A DNA stretch of 64,000 nucleotides, taken from contig CBDDEL010000015.1 in NCBI GenBank assembly GCA_965226885.1, forward strand, positions 416,001 to 480,000, read 5' to 3'. Source of the DNA: Opitutales bacterium. Its GTDB lineage: Bacteria > Verrucomicrobiota > Verrucomicrobiia > Opitutales > UBA2987. Below, in pieces: positions 41,834-53,948 of the stretch. Positions within the stretch are counted from its first letter, which is position 1, and every line of letters begins with the position of its first letter. The notes under the pieces were generated by a model. The model was given only the letters and a program-made list of their open reading frames with translations, made no database searches and was not told the DNA's origin. The position numbers and the translations under genes are program-made.

Positions 41834-43396
41834 CCCGGATATTTCATGAAGGGTAAAGTTTGGCTCGTTATTGCTATTGGAGATGGATTTCTTTGTATTT
41901 TGAGCAGATCGTCTTGATTTTTAGGTGTTTTTCAGGGTGTAGAGACACTGCCCCCTTTCCCCCATTGGTTCGGTAGTGCCGGGGGCAGCACCAATGCACC
42001 CTTTAGGTTGGCACCAATCGGCGGGCCGCATGGTTGAAAAGACTGGCCCAAGGATAACTCTCACTTAGGTGAAAGTGAATCGTTCGGGTGTTGCGCACGA
42101 TGACCGCTCCGATCTTGATTAATTTGAGCCGCAGGGTGTGGCATTGGGCCCGCGCCCACTTCGTCCCTTTTAAGGCTAACCGGCGCATGGCTTCCATCAA
42201 GGTGTAGGCCAGCGCCGACAAGAGCAATCGCCACTGATTGGCCCACCATTGATGGGCGCTGGTGCGCTCGCTGAACAATTGCATCTGTTCCTTGATTCGG
42301 TTCTCCATTTCACCGCGGCCACAGTATACCTTGTCGTAAAGCTCCTGGGGATCGCCCGGCAGGTTCGTCACCACGAAGCGCGGGTTGGACCCCTGTGCGG
42401 TGTGTTCGGCTTTATGGATGACCAACCGCAGCCATCGCCACGAATCGGCAGCATAGACGAAGTCCTGGAATAACCGTTGTTTTTTACCCCTTAGTTCGAA
42501 CCATTCTTTGGCCTGCTTTTGCAACTGCTGGGCGTCTTGCTGCAAGCGTGCATTGCGAGCCATCCCCACGATGTAACTAACTTCGTTGCGGTCGCACCAA
42601 GAGAGTATCCGGTCTCGACAAAATCCACTGTCGGCGCGCCAAATAATCCGCTTACGGGGCCAGCTTTGGCGAATCCGTTTAACCAGCAATTTGAGGATGG
42701 CCCCGGCATGCTTGCTGGCATCGATCTTGCTCGGCCGCAGGTAGGCCACCAGCAGCTGATCACCGCAAAAAACATATAGCGGCAGAAAACAGTAATGATC
42801 ATAATAACCGTGGAAAAAACGTCCCTCCTGGAGCCCGTGCACCGGATTGTCGGTGGCGTCAAAGTCCAGGATGATCTCTTCGGGTTCCTCGGCAAAGGAG
42901 CCCATGAACTGTTCGACCAACAGCTCGTTTACCGCAAAGGCCGCCCGCCGATCCTGCCCGTTTTCAAAACGACACAAAGTCGGCGCGCTGGCCAACGTTT
43001 CAATGCGCCCCGTTACCGTTTGCAACAATGGCTCGTGGCGCAGGGTATCAAAGTCGTTCAAATCCTCATAGCCCGCCACCAGCCCGTAAACGCGCTGCCG
43101 CAGCATCCCCACTCATGGCGTACTTTGCCCTTCTGCCGTTTGTCCACTAACTGTCGGGCCGCTCGTTCGGTCAAGCCCAACTGCCGATCCACTTCCCGGA
43201 TCAAAAGCAGTCCGGCATCCGAAGTAACCTCTCCGCCCTTGAAATCAACCCGCACACGGCGGCCTTTTACCCTTGTCAACTGTAGCTTTAATTGTTTACC
43301 TTTTGTCATCGCTGATATTGCTTTAATTATTGATCTATCCTGCTGTATATCAGCAGTTAAGCATATCAACGATACTTTTTTTACGAAATATCCGGG
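41834..43396 (-). mobile_element. IS1380-family element, copy 2 (4-bp deletion frameshift near 43111)
   Basis: 1563 bp versus 1567 bp for the reference copy. Flanks CTAA and TTAA do not match. Confidence 0.95.
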
Positions 43397-43665
43397 TTAA
43401 AGAGAGATCCCTTGAGAATTACACCAAATCGGTTGGCAATCGTTCCATGGCCAGTCAAATGGATTTCGGAGGAACCGGTAATGATGAAAAAAGTGCATTT
43501 CGGGATAAAATAAAAAAGGCCATCGACGATTCACTGGTCATAATCCAGGAAGATCACAAAGCGGGATTGGTAGTGTATTAAGTAGGAATGGTGGCTAATT
43601 CTTGATTATATTGATGAATGAAAAGTCTCAGACAGGTTTCATGCATACTCTTAAGCTTGGAAAAG

Positions 43666-46579
43666 TGATGTGCACTGGAAAAAGTGGACACGAGATTCTC
43701 CTAAATGGAGAATCGAAGCATGGGAAGAAGACGCTTTAGTATAGAGTTCAAAAATGAGGCAGTTCAACTGATGATACTCGATGGTCTGAGCGCCACCGAG
43801 GTATCGACCAAACTTGGGGTCAACACCAACCAATTGTATAGGTGGAAGAGGCTCTATCTGGACGATCAGCAGGGCGAAGCCACCTCAAAGCGACAGAGCA
43901 GTCCGAAGGAGATGGCGGCCGAGATAGATCGTCTTCGCAAAGAGCTGCGCCGCTCGGAGCGGATCAACCAGATACTAAAAAAAACGGTGGGCTACTTTGC
44001 CAAGGACGAACAATGAAGTACCAGTTTGTCAAAGACAACGAGGGGCGCTTCAAGATCGAGGAAATATGCTCGGCGATGGGGATTTGTCGCAGTGGCTATT
44101 ACTGCTGGAGGCACCGAGCGCCCTCGGCCCGGCGGATCGAGGACGAGGGAATCAAGGGGGCGATCCTGAAGGTACACAAAGAGGCCAAGGGCCGCTATGG
44201 GCATCGGCCAATGCACCGCCATCTGAAGGATGATGAGGGCATCGATTGCGGCCGTGACCGGGCTCTGCGTCTGATGCGTGAAATGGGAATCAAAAGCACC
44301 CAGAGTAAACGCTTTAAGCCATTAAAAACCAACAGTAACCATCCCTATGGTTACAGCCCCAATGTGCTTAAAAAGCATGGCCAGCCGACCCATATCGACG
44401 AGGTCTGGGTGGCGGACACGACCTACCTACGGACCCTGGCCGGTTGGATGTACTTGGCCACGGTGATGGACCTGTTCAGCCGACGCCTGCTGGGCTGGAG
44501 CGTTTCCAACCACAACGACGCGAAGCTGGTTGGCAAGGCCCTCAAAGCCGCGGCCATGACCCGCGGCACACTGCGCACCGGGATTATTCATCACAGCGAT
44601 CGGGGCAGCCCCTACGCCAGCGACGACTATCAGAGGCTGGTCTCTGAACTAGGCATGAAGCCGAGCATGAGCGCCCAAGGCAACTGCTACGACAACGCGG
44701 CCATGGAATCGTTCTACGGCCGCTTCAAGACCAGCACGATTCGAGGCCGCCACTTTGCCGACGAGCGCGAACTGCGATCAACTGTCTTCGAATACGTGGA
44801 AATCTTCTACAACCGATATCGCAAACATTCCTCTCTGAGTTACCAAAGCCCAGTCCAATTCGAGGAAAATATTTGCCCCCCATGGGGGGCAACGAGAAAA
44901 CAAAACCCTTTACCAAAACAAGCCGCCTGACACACTAACCCGGATATTTCGTAAAAAAAGTATCGTTGATATGCTTAACTGCTGATATACAGCAGGATAG
45001 ATCAATAATTAAAGCAATATCAGCGATGACAAAAGGTAAACAATTAAAGCTACAGTTGACAAGGGTAAAAGGCCGCCGTGTGCGGGTTGATTTCAAGGGC
45101 GGAGAGGTTACTTCGGATGCCGGACTGCTTTTGATCCGGGAAGTGGATCGGCAGTTGGGCTTGACCGAACGAGCGGCCCGACAGTTAGTGGACAAACGGC
45201 AGAAGGGCAAAGTACGCCATGAGGTATTGGGGATGCTGCGGCAGCGCGTTTACGGGCTGGTGGCGGGCTATGAGGATTTGAACGACTTTGATACCCTGCG
45301 CCACGATCCATTGTTGCAAACGGTAACGGGGCGCATTGAAACGTTGGCCAGCGCGCCGACTTTGTGTCGTTTTGAAAACGGGCAGGATCGGCGGGCGGCC
45401 TTTGCGGTAAACGAGCTGTTGGTCGAACAGTTCATGGGCTCTTTTGCCGAGGAACCCGAAGAGATCATCCTGGACTTTGACGCCACCGACAATCCGGTGC
45501 ACGGGCTCCAGGAGGGACGTTTTTTCCACGGTTATTATGATCATTACTGTTTTCTGCCGCTATATGTTTTTTGCGGTGATCAGCTGCTGGTGGCCTACCT
45601 GCGGCCGAGCAAGATCGATGCCAGCAAGCATGCCGGGGCCATCCTCAAATTGCTGGTTAAACGGATTCGCCAAAGCTGGCCCCGTACGCGGATTATTTGG
45701 CGCGCCGACAGTGGATTTTGTCGAGACCGGATACTCTCTTGGTGCGACCGCAACGAAGTTAGTTACATCGTGGGGATGGCTCGCAATGCACGCTTGCAGC
45801 AAGACGCCCAGCAGTTGCAAAAGCAGGCCAAAGAATGGTTCGAACTAAGGGGTAAAAAACAACGGTTATTCCAGGACTTCGTCTATGCTGCCGATTCGTG
45901 GCGATGGCTGCGGTTGGTCATCCATAAAGCCGAACACACCGCACAGGGGTCCAACCCGCGCTTCGTGGTGACGAACCTGCCGGGCGATCCCCAGGAGCTT
46001 TACGACAAGGTATACTGTGGCCGCGGTGAAATGGAGAACCGAATCAAGGAACAGATGCAATTGTTCAGCGAGCGCACCAGCGCCCATCAATGGTGGGCCA
46101 ATCAGTGGCGATTGCTCTTGTCGGCGCTGGCCTACACCTTGATGGAAGCCATGCGCCGGTTAGCCTTAAAAGGGACGAAGTGGGCGCGGGCCCAATGCCA
46201 CACCCTGCGGCTCAAATTAATCAAGATCGGAGCGGTCATCGTGCGCAACACCCGAACGATTCACTTTCACCTAAGTGAGAGTTATCCTTGGGCCAGTCTT
46301 TTCAACCATGCGGCCCGCCGATTGGTGCCAACCTAAAGGGTGCATTGGTGCTGCCCCCGGCACTACCGAACCAATGGGGGAAAGGGCAATGGGGGAAAGG
46401 GGGCAGTGTCTCTACACCCTGAAAAACACCTAAAAATCAAGACGATCTGCTCAAAATACAAAGAAATCCATCTCCAATAGCAATAACGAGCCAAACTTTA
46501 CCCTTCATGAAATATCCGGGCTAATCAATAAACAATGAATATAAGAGAATCCCGTGTCCAACAAATCCAGTACACGTCA
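43666..46579 (+). mobile_element. IS3-family element B (orfA 43705-44016, orfB about 44013-44930; hosts IS1380)
   Basis: TG...CA ends, TSD AAG, WVADTTY / HSDRGS / ESFYG motifs. orfB is in the -1 frame. Confidence 0.95.
44939..46520 (+). mobile_element. IS1380-family element, copy 3 (intact transposase 44966/45026-46336)
   Basis: IRs present, TSD CTAA; 15-bp duplication downstream of the ORF. Confidence 0.95.
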
Positions 46580-47491
46580 AAGGAGAGGGTTTTGCGTGTG
46601 AAACGACCCAGTCGTTGGCGCAGGGTATTGTTCCATCGTTCCACATGGGCCGTTTCACCGGTTTCTTTTCCCACGGATCGGTTATGAGGAAAGACTTCAT
46701 CATAAGTGCTCCAAAAGTCGCTGTAGGTGGCACATCTTTTGTAGGCCCGTGGCAGACGCTCGTAAAGTTCCCGGCAACGATACCAATCCCGAGGCCCAAT
46801 GGCATAGGAGAGGATTTGACGGGTGCGTCGGCAAAGAGCGATCCAAACCCATTGGGCATCGCTCTTGCGCCCCACAAAAGACCACAGTTCGTCCAGTTCA
46901 ATGACATCATGGCGGCGGGCCGCAAGAATCGTGCTTTTGAGCGGTCGCAGCGATTGTCGTTTTTTTTAACCAACTCAAAACGGTGTTGGGACTCACCCCG
47001 AAGGCGCGCTGTAAACCGCGTAGACTGCTGCGTTCCTGATAGACTCGAAGGATCATTTCTTTTTGCTCTTCGGTGTATTTCACTGTGGGGTTTTCGCGGC
47101 TTTGTTTACCACAATCATGGCAGCGGTAGCGCTGTTTATGGTTGGGCGTCTTGCCAAATTTAATGATATTTTCACTTCCACAGTGCCGACAATTAATAAT
47201 TTTAGTAACCATGCACTAAGAATAAACTGCCTAACGCTATTTGTACAGCTAAAAATACCAAATAACATTCTTTTTTTATACACTACCGCGGGATTGGCGA
47301 GAATCGAGCAAAAATATTTAAATGATGTTGTGGCAGTACCCCCCGGGCAATCGGCAAGCGGGTATTTCGAACTGAGGATTCCCAAAAAAATACCCAAAAA
47401 AATAACTCTGGAAATCTCAGCCGGAGAGGAAAACATTAAATATTTATTCGATATTTCCAAACAAAAATTGTGACCTAAGCATCCGGGTTGT

Positions 47492-48432
47492 TTAGACTAA
47501 AGCTTTGAATTCACCCAATTTTTGAAGGTCATCGACGACGGCGTAGCTGTCCTCTTCGCCGAGGGATTTTAGGGGGGGCAAGACTGTTTTTCCGCACAAG
47601 CCTAGCGAATCCAAACCCGTCTTCAATGCGGCTATGGTTTGCGGTAAATTTCTTCCTTTTCTTAAAACTTCGATTACCTGGTTCATTCGGTTTTGTGCCG
47701 CCGCCGCCTCTTCCGTATTACCGCAAATGGCGCTTTCATAGAGTTGGCTTGCGCCTTCCGGATCAAAATTTCCGGAACTTGGAACAAGGCCGTCGGAACC
47801 TTCGTTGAGGACTCTTAAGGAAAGAGATGTGCAACCTACCAATATGGCGAAGTTCTCTTTTTTCCCAAGACGGTTGTTGAGTTCACTCAAACGTTCGGCA
47901 TTGAACTCGGAGTCTTTAATGCCTATTATATTGGGGTGCTCATGCAATTTTTGCAATACATCCAACGGCACTGACAAATTTGTCGTTTGCGGAATATTAT
48001 AAATTAAAAGAGGACTTTCCACCCGGTTGGCCAGCTCTTCGTAGTAGTCGTAAAAAACATCTTCATTGACGGGGTAGTAAAAGGGCGGATGAGCCACCAC
48101 GGCATCGACTCCACAATCATGGGAATGTTGCGCCAACTCCAGCGAATGCTCCAGGCAATTGTCCGCAATACCGGTATAAAAAAGTCCCTTTTCGCCAACT
48201 TCTTTTGCCGCCAGGCTGATCCCAGGCTGATCAATTGCTTGCGCATTGAAAATGGCATGGAAAGGGCTTCCCCGGTGGTCCCAAGGACAAAGATGCCATG
48301 ACATCCACCGCCCAGGATGTGTTCGATCAAACGGCAGACGGCTTTCTCATCGAGTTCTCTATTAGCGGTAAAAGGCGTTACCATGGGCACGATTACGCCG
48401 CTGTGTTTTTTCTTCTTTTCAGTTAGCATCAT
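47492..48432 (-). pseudogene. Dihydrodipicolinate synthase/N-acetylneuraminate lyase family aldolase, frameshifted
   Basis: PMVTPF, GTTGE, IYNIP and GIKDS motifs. 11-bp duplication CCAGGCTGATC at 48211-48232. Confidence 0.9.
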
Positions 48433-48752
48433 AAATTATATTAAATTAAGTTTAGTAGTTATCAATAAGCCGCTCTATAAATAGCGCAAGCGGCCTCTTC
48501 CGTACGGAAACCTTCTTCCGCGCACTGGATTACGCAACCATGCCAAACACAAGACATCCAGAATTGAGAAAATTGATGATTCGCATTAGCAATAATATTT
48601 AAACTTGGCAGTTGAAAAAATTTGTCATCCACATTGAAAGATGAAATACAATGGTGCAACTTGTTAAGTTAATTCATTATACGAAAATTGGAAATAAAAA
48701 GTATTAGCATTTCTCATTTTAACCCTGTTATTGTAATCGATTGGAGAAAAGA

Positions 48753-50255
48753 ATGAAGATTCTCATTAAATATCATGCTGCCTTACTAATTTTATGCATC
48801 AACTTGACCTGCCTTGGCGGAGACGGTGATGTTCATTTTGCCACCGGTTTTAAAATCGGTGAAGTTTCCCATCACAGCGCCATTGTCTGGACTCGGCTCA
48901 CGGCGGCTCCGCAGGCCCATAAAGATGGTGTTGTTCCTTTTCCAAAAATGAGCAGAACCAGGGTCTTCGTTGAATTTCCCGACATTCCGGCCGGTCAGTG
49001 GGAGGGCGCCGCTCCCGGCGCGCCCGGTGAAGTCAGGCTGGCATTGGCCGTAACGCCCGATTTCTCCGCACCTCAATGGACTGTCTGGAAACCGGTCGAT
49101 GCGGGGGCAGATTTTACGCATTCTTTTCAACTGACCGGCCTCGATTCCGCCCAACGTTATTATATCAAATTGGAGGGGCGTTCGGCAGCGGGAGAATCGG
49201 TGACCGAAAGCGATTGGGGGTCGTTTAAAACCGCGGCGCCTTCCGATAAGTGGGAAGATGTCTGGTTTACGGTCAACACCTGTCAGGTTTATTATCAAAG
49301 AGATCATGCGGACGGTTTTCAGGTATTTCCCGCTATGAGCCGGTTGGAGCCTCATTTCCAGGATTATCCAAACTTCAGTGTTTTTACAGGCGACAGCGTA
49401 TATTATGATCGGGATAACCCACGCGCCTCGACGGTGGATCTTTGTCGCCTTCATTGGCAGAGAATGTATGCCCTGCCGTTGATAAAAAACTATCTCCGCC
49501 ATGTGCCCGCTTACTGGGAAAAGGACGACCACGACACCTTTTTTGACGATTGCTGGCAAACTTACGACGCCCCCTGGATTGCTCCGCTCACATATGCCGA
49601 AGGGGCCGGTGTTTTTCTCGAACAGGTTCCCATGAGCCCGCAGCTTTACCGCACCTTTCGCTGGGGGAAGGGCCTTCAAATTTGGCTGGTTGAAGGCAGG
49701 GATTTCAGGTCGCCAAACGATATGCCGGATGGTCCGGAAAAAACCATTTGGGGCAAAGAACAAAAAGAATGGCTCAAGCGTTCCATATTGGAAAGCGATG
49801 CTACCTTTAAAATCTTGGTCAGCCCGACTGCCATTGTGGGACCGGACAATAGTGAGCAGGAAGACAATCATGCCAATCCGGCTTTTTATCACGAGGGTAA
49901 AGAATTCCGGGATTGGACCTGGAAAAATAAATTGAAAAATTTTTACGTCGCTTGCGGCGACCGGCATTGGCAATACATGTCCACCGATCCGATCAGCGGA
50001 CTGCGCGAATTCGCCAGCGGTCCCTCCAGCGATAAGAGTGTCCTCCAGGGACCGGGCATGAGTCCCAATTACCATTCCTTTTACCGGAACGGCGGCGGAT
50101 TCTTAAGTGTCAGCCTGAAAAAAGGCCTTCGCAAGGTTCTCGCCCATCCCCAAAGAGTGATCGAAATCGACGGCGTCCCCACCATCACCTTTCGCTTTCA
50201 CGATGTGAACGGAAAAGTCGTTTACGAATACCGCGATACCGCAACGGACTCCTGA
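48753..50255 (+). CDS. PhoD-family alkaline phosphatase / metallophosphatase, secreted
   Basis: Signal peptide; G...GEV....AIVWTR, TGDSVYYD, KDDHD and CGDRH motifs. Confidence 0.85.
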   Translation: MKILIKYHAALLILCINLTCLGGDGDVHFATGFKIGEVSHHSAIVWTRLTAAPQAHKDGVVPFPKMSRTRVFVEFPDIPAGQWEGAAPGAPGEVRLALAVTPDFSAPQWTVWKPVDAGADFTHSFQLTGLDSAQRYYIKLEGRSAAGESVTESDWGSFKTAAPSDKWEDVWFTVNTCQVYYQRDHADGFQVFPAMSRLEPHFQDYPNFSVFTGDSVYYDRDNPRASTVDLCRLHWQRMYALPLIKNYLRHVPAYWEKDDHDTFFDDCWQTYDAPWIAPLTYAEGAGVFLEQVPMSPQLYRTFRWGKGLQIWLVEGRDFRSPNDMPDGPEKTIWGKEQKEWLKRSILESDATFKILVSPTAIVGPDNSEQEDNHANPAFYHEGKEFRDWTWKNKLKNFYVACGDRHWQYMSTDPISGLREFASGPSSDKSVLQGPGMSPNYHSFYRNGGGFLSVSLKKGLRKVLAHPQRVIEIDGVPTITFRFHDVNGKVVYEYRDTATDS

Positions 50256-50308
50256 CAACACGGTCCGGCACGACCTGGTATTGCGGGGGATCTGTTGCAT
50301 GAATGCAT

Positions 50309-50350
50309 AAAAAAAACCAGCCCTTCACGGGATTACCGTAAAGGGCTGGT
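50309..50350 (-). terminator. Intrinsic terminator downstream of the TonB receptor gene
   Basis: 15-bp stem ACCAGCCCTTTACGG / CCGTGAAGGGCTGGT (one G-U pair), 5-nt loop, then a U-tract on the minus strand. Confidence 0.8.
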
Positions 50351-50433
50351 CAAATTGAAATCGCGTGCGTCGCGCCGCCCCCAATTCAGTTAGAAAGAAA
50401 CCACCAAGGGGCGCGCGGCTTGGTTTTATTTAT

Positions 50434-53400
50434 TTAGTAATTCCAGCGAAGACCGAACCTCCATACGGAACCGAATTGTTCAATCGTGTTTATGCGGCGG
50501 GCGGTGTTTCCAAACCAGCGGATGTCCTGTTGATCGGTGAGGTTGGTCACGTTGAAGTAGGCGGTCCAGTGATCGTTAATTTTATAGCTGGCCTGGGCGT
50601 CCCACTGTTCGCGGGGAGCATCGTAGCGATCGCCAAAATCATCGCCGGGATCGTCCACTTCGTCAAAACTCTCGCTTTGGTAGCGGAAGGCGACACGGCC
50701 CTGAAAGCGCCCCTTCTGGTACCAGAGGGCGGCATTGGCGATCTTCGAGGGCTGTTGGAAGAATGGAGTTTGATCGGCCAGATCGCGCCTTTCGATGATG
50801 TCAAATTCCGATTGGATGAAGGTGACATTCGCGTCAATCCCGAAACCATCCAGGGGTTGCGGAAGAAAGGAGAGGGGAAGTGCAGCAGAAAGCTCAATGC
50901 CGGTCACCCGGCCATGTTCGGCGTTATCCCAGCCCTCCATTCTCAGCTCGTTGACAATATCGGCAGGATTAAGAAAGGAGGTATTGACGATGCAAGCGCA
51001 TCTTTCCTGAATGATTTGTGTGGCATCAGCGACGGTGTTATCCGGCCTGTCGGCAAAATCCCGGTCCCTGCTTTCAAATGAGAAGATAGGATTATCGATC
51101 TCCTTGTGAAAAGCGGCAAACGAGAAGGCGGCCCCCCAGTCGGTGTAATACTCGAGCGAGATGTCATAATTATATGCGTAGTAGGGTTGTAGCTTGGGGT
51201 TGCGAATACGGGCCCGCAGCTCGTCCAGTTCGGCAGGATTATCCCCGTCGCGGGGTTCATCCAGGGTGATCTCCATGCGGGTGATGGGCGCTGCATCCTC
51301 AAAATTCGGCCGGCCGGTGGCCGTCGTGAAGGCAGCGCGCAGCTGCAGGTTATCCGATATCCTGAAGAGGGCCTGAACATTCGGGAAGATATCGTCGTAA
51401 CTAAAGCTGGATTGTGACGTTTCCAGGCAGAAAGACGATTCGGCTTCGGAGTTGAAGGTGTCGCAGGGCGAGCCAATTTCGCTCTCGAAGTCATCAAAAC
51501 GTGTCCATTGATTGGCGGTGATATCAACATCCGTGTTTTCGATCCGAACGCCGCCCACCAGAGTGAGCTTTTCCCCGATATCGACAGAGACCATCCCGTA
51601 AAAGGAAAGAATCTTTTCGTCCAGGTCGTAATCGTCCTCGATGTTGTTTTCCGAACTTTCCACTTCATTGACCACAAATGGGAAGAGAGTGCTGCCGGCA
51701 ACCGGATTGGTGCCCCCCATGGACTCCTGCCAAGGCGTCCTGAACTGTAATTCAATGCCCGAGTCGTATAAACCCAATACATTTCGCGCCGGAACCGTGC
51801 TGTTCGGGAAATCCGCCGCCGAGGGCCGGATGGCTTCGCCTTTTCTGAAGACATTCTCGCGATCCCCACATGTTTGCGGATCCACCGTTTCGGTGCAAAA
51901 TACCGGTCGGAAGGAGTTGTCGTCGATCAGCCGGTTGCGGTTGAAGTATTTGAACCCTGCCTTTACGAAACCGGAGTTGCCGCTGCCGAAGAAATTGTCG
52001 AAATCCCACTGCAGGTCAATCTTCGGGATATAGGTGTTCTCCTCGACCAGGGAGTCGTCGATTCGATTCCGGCGGTGGGCCAGACGCGAGCCGTCCGTTG
52101 CCGCTACCCTCGGAATGGTCACATTGGGAAGGGGGCCGGAAAAGTCGAAAAGGACCGGGATGGGGTCGCCGCCGGTGGGGCCGTCGATTTCAGCCAATCT
52201 TTGATTGCCCTCATCATACCTTAATCCATCGCCTTCAGGATCGAGAAAGAAGGGCAAAGGTGTGCCATTGAAATCCATAAGTGGAGCGTCGCTCGCCCGC
52301 ATGACCATCTCGCCCTCGGCCAAACGGCCCCGGAACTGGATCTGACCCTCATAGATAACCTTCTCCTTGGCGTTGGAATAGGTAAGCTCTGTGGTCACCG
52401 TGAGGTTGCCCCAGCGCTTCTTGCCGCCCACCGTGATGTTGATGAGGCTCTGCTCCCTCTTTTCTATGCCGATACGCTGCTGGAGGGCGTCCACGGAGGG
52501 AAACCACAGCTGGGTGGGGGAAGTCAGAAAAGGGGAGAGCCGGTCGTCGCGGGAACCGCCTTCCGTCAGGTAAGCCTGATCCTCTTCATAATCGAGGCGA
52601 TCTCCTTCCAGTGTGATCTCAATACCCTCTTCCCACTCTATGAACCGGTTCCAGATACCGTTGAGGTAGAACTCGGTGTCTTCATTGGGCTTAAATTCGA
52701 TCTTGGTGTTGAGTCCGATCCGTTGGCGGTTGCCGAACTCGGGAATAACTTCCAGGTCATTGATATAGGCATAATCTTCGACTTCGCCCTCAAAAACGCC
52801 GTCATTGTCGAAATCGGTCAGGAAATCATCCTTGTCCCAGCGCATATCCATGGCTTCGTTTTCGTAAGGGCGCCATTCGTAGGTCGCCGAGAGGGCGACT
52901 CCCAGTTTCCTTTCAGCTCCCATGCGCTTTGCCCAGGTGACCTCTGCGCGGTAGGGGTAATCTTCCGGTTGGTCGGCGTAACCGCCCTCAATGGAACCGT
53001 TAAAATACCCTTCTTCCCTATCGAAGGCGCTGGCCGTCTTGATTTCAATGGTGCCGCCGAGTCCCTGTGCGTCCATATCCGGGGTAATCGCCTTGATCAC
53101 CTCAAGCTGCGAGATCTGCGAGGAACCGATAACATCAAGTGGCATGGCCCGCCCAGCGCGGCCATCAACACCCGGGTTGGCCACGCTGGCCCCATTGATG
53201 GTCACATTGTTGAGGGACGGGGCGATGCCTCGAATGGAGATAAATCGGCCTTCACCATTGGACATGTCCAAAGAAACACCGGGCAGGCGCACGAGAGCGT
53301 CGGCCACGTTACGGTCCGGGATTTGTCCCACCGAATCGGCTGAAAGAATGTCGCGGATGCTTGGAGCCGTCTTTTTCTGCTGCAGAGCCAAGGCCCGGCC

Positions 53401-53814
53401 CTCGCGGTAGCCCTCTACCGTAAATCCTTCCAGCTCAACGATTGAATCTCCAATCGATATACGCGGAGTAATGGTCCCGGACTCCGGCACCTCAATCGAT
53501 TCGGTGACCGCCTCGTAACCGATAAACCGGACGATTATGGTGTGAGCCCCCGCGGGCACATTGGAGATGCGAAACTCGCCGCTGCGATCAGTCGTGGCGA
53601 TGCGCCCCAAATCGACGATGCGGACGCTAGCCCCCGGCACATAGGAATTGGTGTTGGAGTCCACAACCGTTCCGTTGATATCGCCGGCCCAGACGTTTGA
53701 AGGGAGGGCCATAAGGCAAATTAGGGAAAGAAAACAAAAAAAGGCTGAAAATGAGAAGCCTTTTGGCAGTGGGTGGGTAACAGGATTAGTCTCTGACTGG
53801 TGTGTATTGTTCAT
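50434..53814 (-). CDS. TonB-dependent receptor with N-terminal carboxypeptidase-regulatory-like domain
   Basis: Signal peptide, GTVVD...PGASV domain, plug motifs DALVRLPGV / SIRG / EVIKA, and terminal beta-strand FGLRWNY. Confidence 0.93.
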   Translation of the reverse strand: MNNTHQSETNPVTHPLPKGFSFSAFFCFLSLICLMALPSNVWAGDINGTVVDSNTNSYVPGASVRIVDLGRIATTDRSGEFRISNVPAGAHTIIVRFIGYEAVTESIEVPESGTITPRISIGDSIVELEGFTVEGYREGRALALQQKKTAPSIRDILSADSVGQIPDRNVADALVRLPGVSLDMSNGEGRFISIRGIAPSLNNVTINGASVANPGVDGRAGRAMPLDVIGSSQISQLEVIKAITPDMDAQGLGGTIEIKTASAFDREEGYFNGSIEGGYADQPEDYPYRAEVTWAKRMGAERKLGVALSATYEWRPYENEAMDMRWDKDDFLTDFDNDGVFEGEVEDYAYINDLEVIPEFGNRQRIGLNTKIEFKPNEDTEFYLNGIWNRFIEWEEGIEITLEGDRLDYEEDQAYLTEGGSRDDRLSPFLTSPTQLWFPSVDALQQRIGIEKREQSLINITVGGKKRWGNLTVTTELTYSNAKEKVIYEGQIQFRGRLAEGEMVMRASDAPLMDFNGTPLPFFLDPEGDGLRYDEGNQRLAEIDGPTGGDPIPVLFDFSGPLPNVTIPRVAATDGSRLAHRRNRIDDSLVEENTYIPKIDLQWDFDNFFGSGNSGFVKAGFKYFNRNRLIDDNSFRPVFCTETVDPQTCGDRENVFRKGEAIRPSAADFPNSTVPARNVLGLYDSGIELQFRTPWQESMGGTNPVAGSTLFPFVVNEVESSENNIEDDYDLDEKILSFYGMVSVDIGEKLTLVGGVRIENTDVDITANQWTRFDDFESEIGSPCDTFNSEAESSFCLETSQSSFSYDDIFPNVQALFRISDNLQLRAAFTTATGRPNFEDAAPITRMEITLDEPRDGDNPAELDELRARIRNPKLQPYYAYNYDISLEYYTDWGAAFSFAAFHKEIDNPIFSFESRDRDFADRPDNTVADATQIIQERCACIVNTSFLNPADIVNELRMEGWDNAEHGRVTGIELSAALPLSFLPQPLDGFGIDANVTFIQSEFDIIERRDLADQTPFFQQPSKIANAALWYQKGRFQGRVAFRYQSESFDEVDDPGDDFGDRYDAPREQWDAQASYKINDHWTAYFNVTNLTDQQDIRWFGNTARRINTIEQFGSVWRFGLRWNY

Positions 53815-53910
53815 GGCTCTAGCAGTTGATTGAGGTTTACTGGTTTGGAGGGAAAGGCAGGGTTGGGAGGGGGAATCTCTCAAGAATTCAATTTTTACCG
53901 GAAAGGCTCA

Positions 53911-53948
53911 GTTTTTGATTGAACCTTACGTTTTTGATTGAACCTTAC
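53911..53948. repeat. Perfect 19-bp tandem duplication in the divergent TonB/GntR intergenic region
   Basis: GTTTTTGATTGAACCTTAC x2. Confidence 0.95.

Larger units (their letters stand above)
43569..47287 (-). mobile_element. IS1-family element, copy 5 (hosts IS3-B)
   Basis: 8-bp TSD GCGGGATT; length 3719 = 802 + 2914 + 3. Confidence 0.95.
43397..47473 (+). pseudogene. Hypothetical protein remnant, 5'-truncated by IS1380 and split by the nested IS1/IS3/IS1380 stack
   Basis: 43397-43568 and 47296-47473 rejoin in frame (...QEDHKAGL|ARIEQKYL...SKQKL*). Confidence 0.65.
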
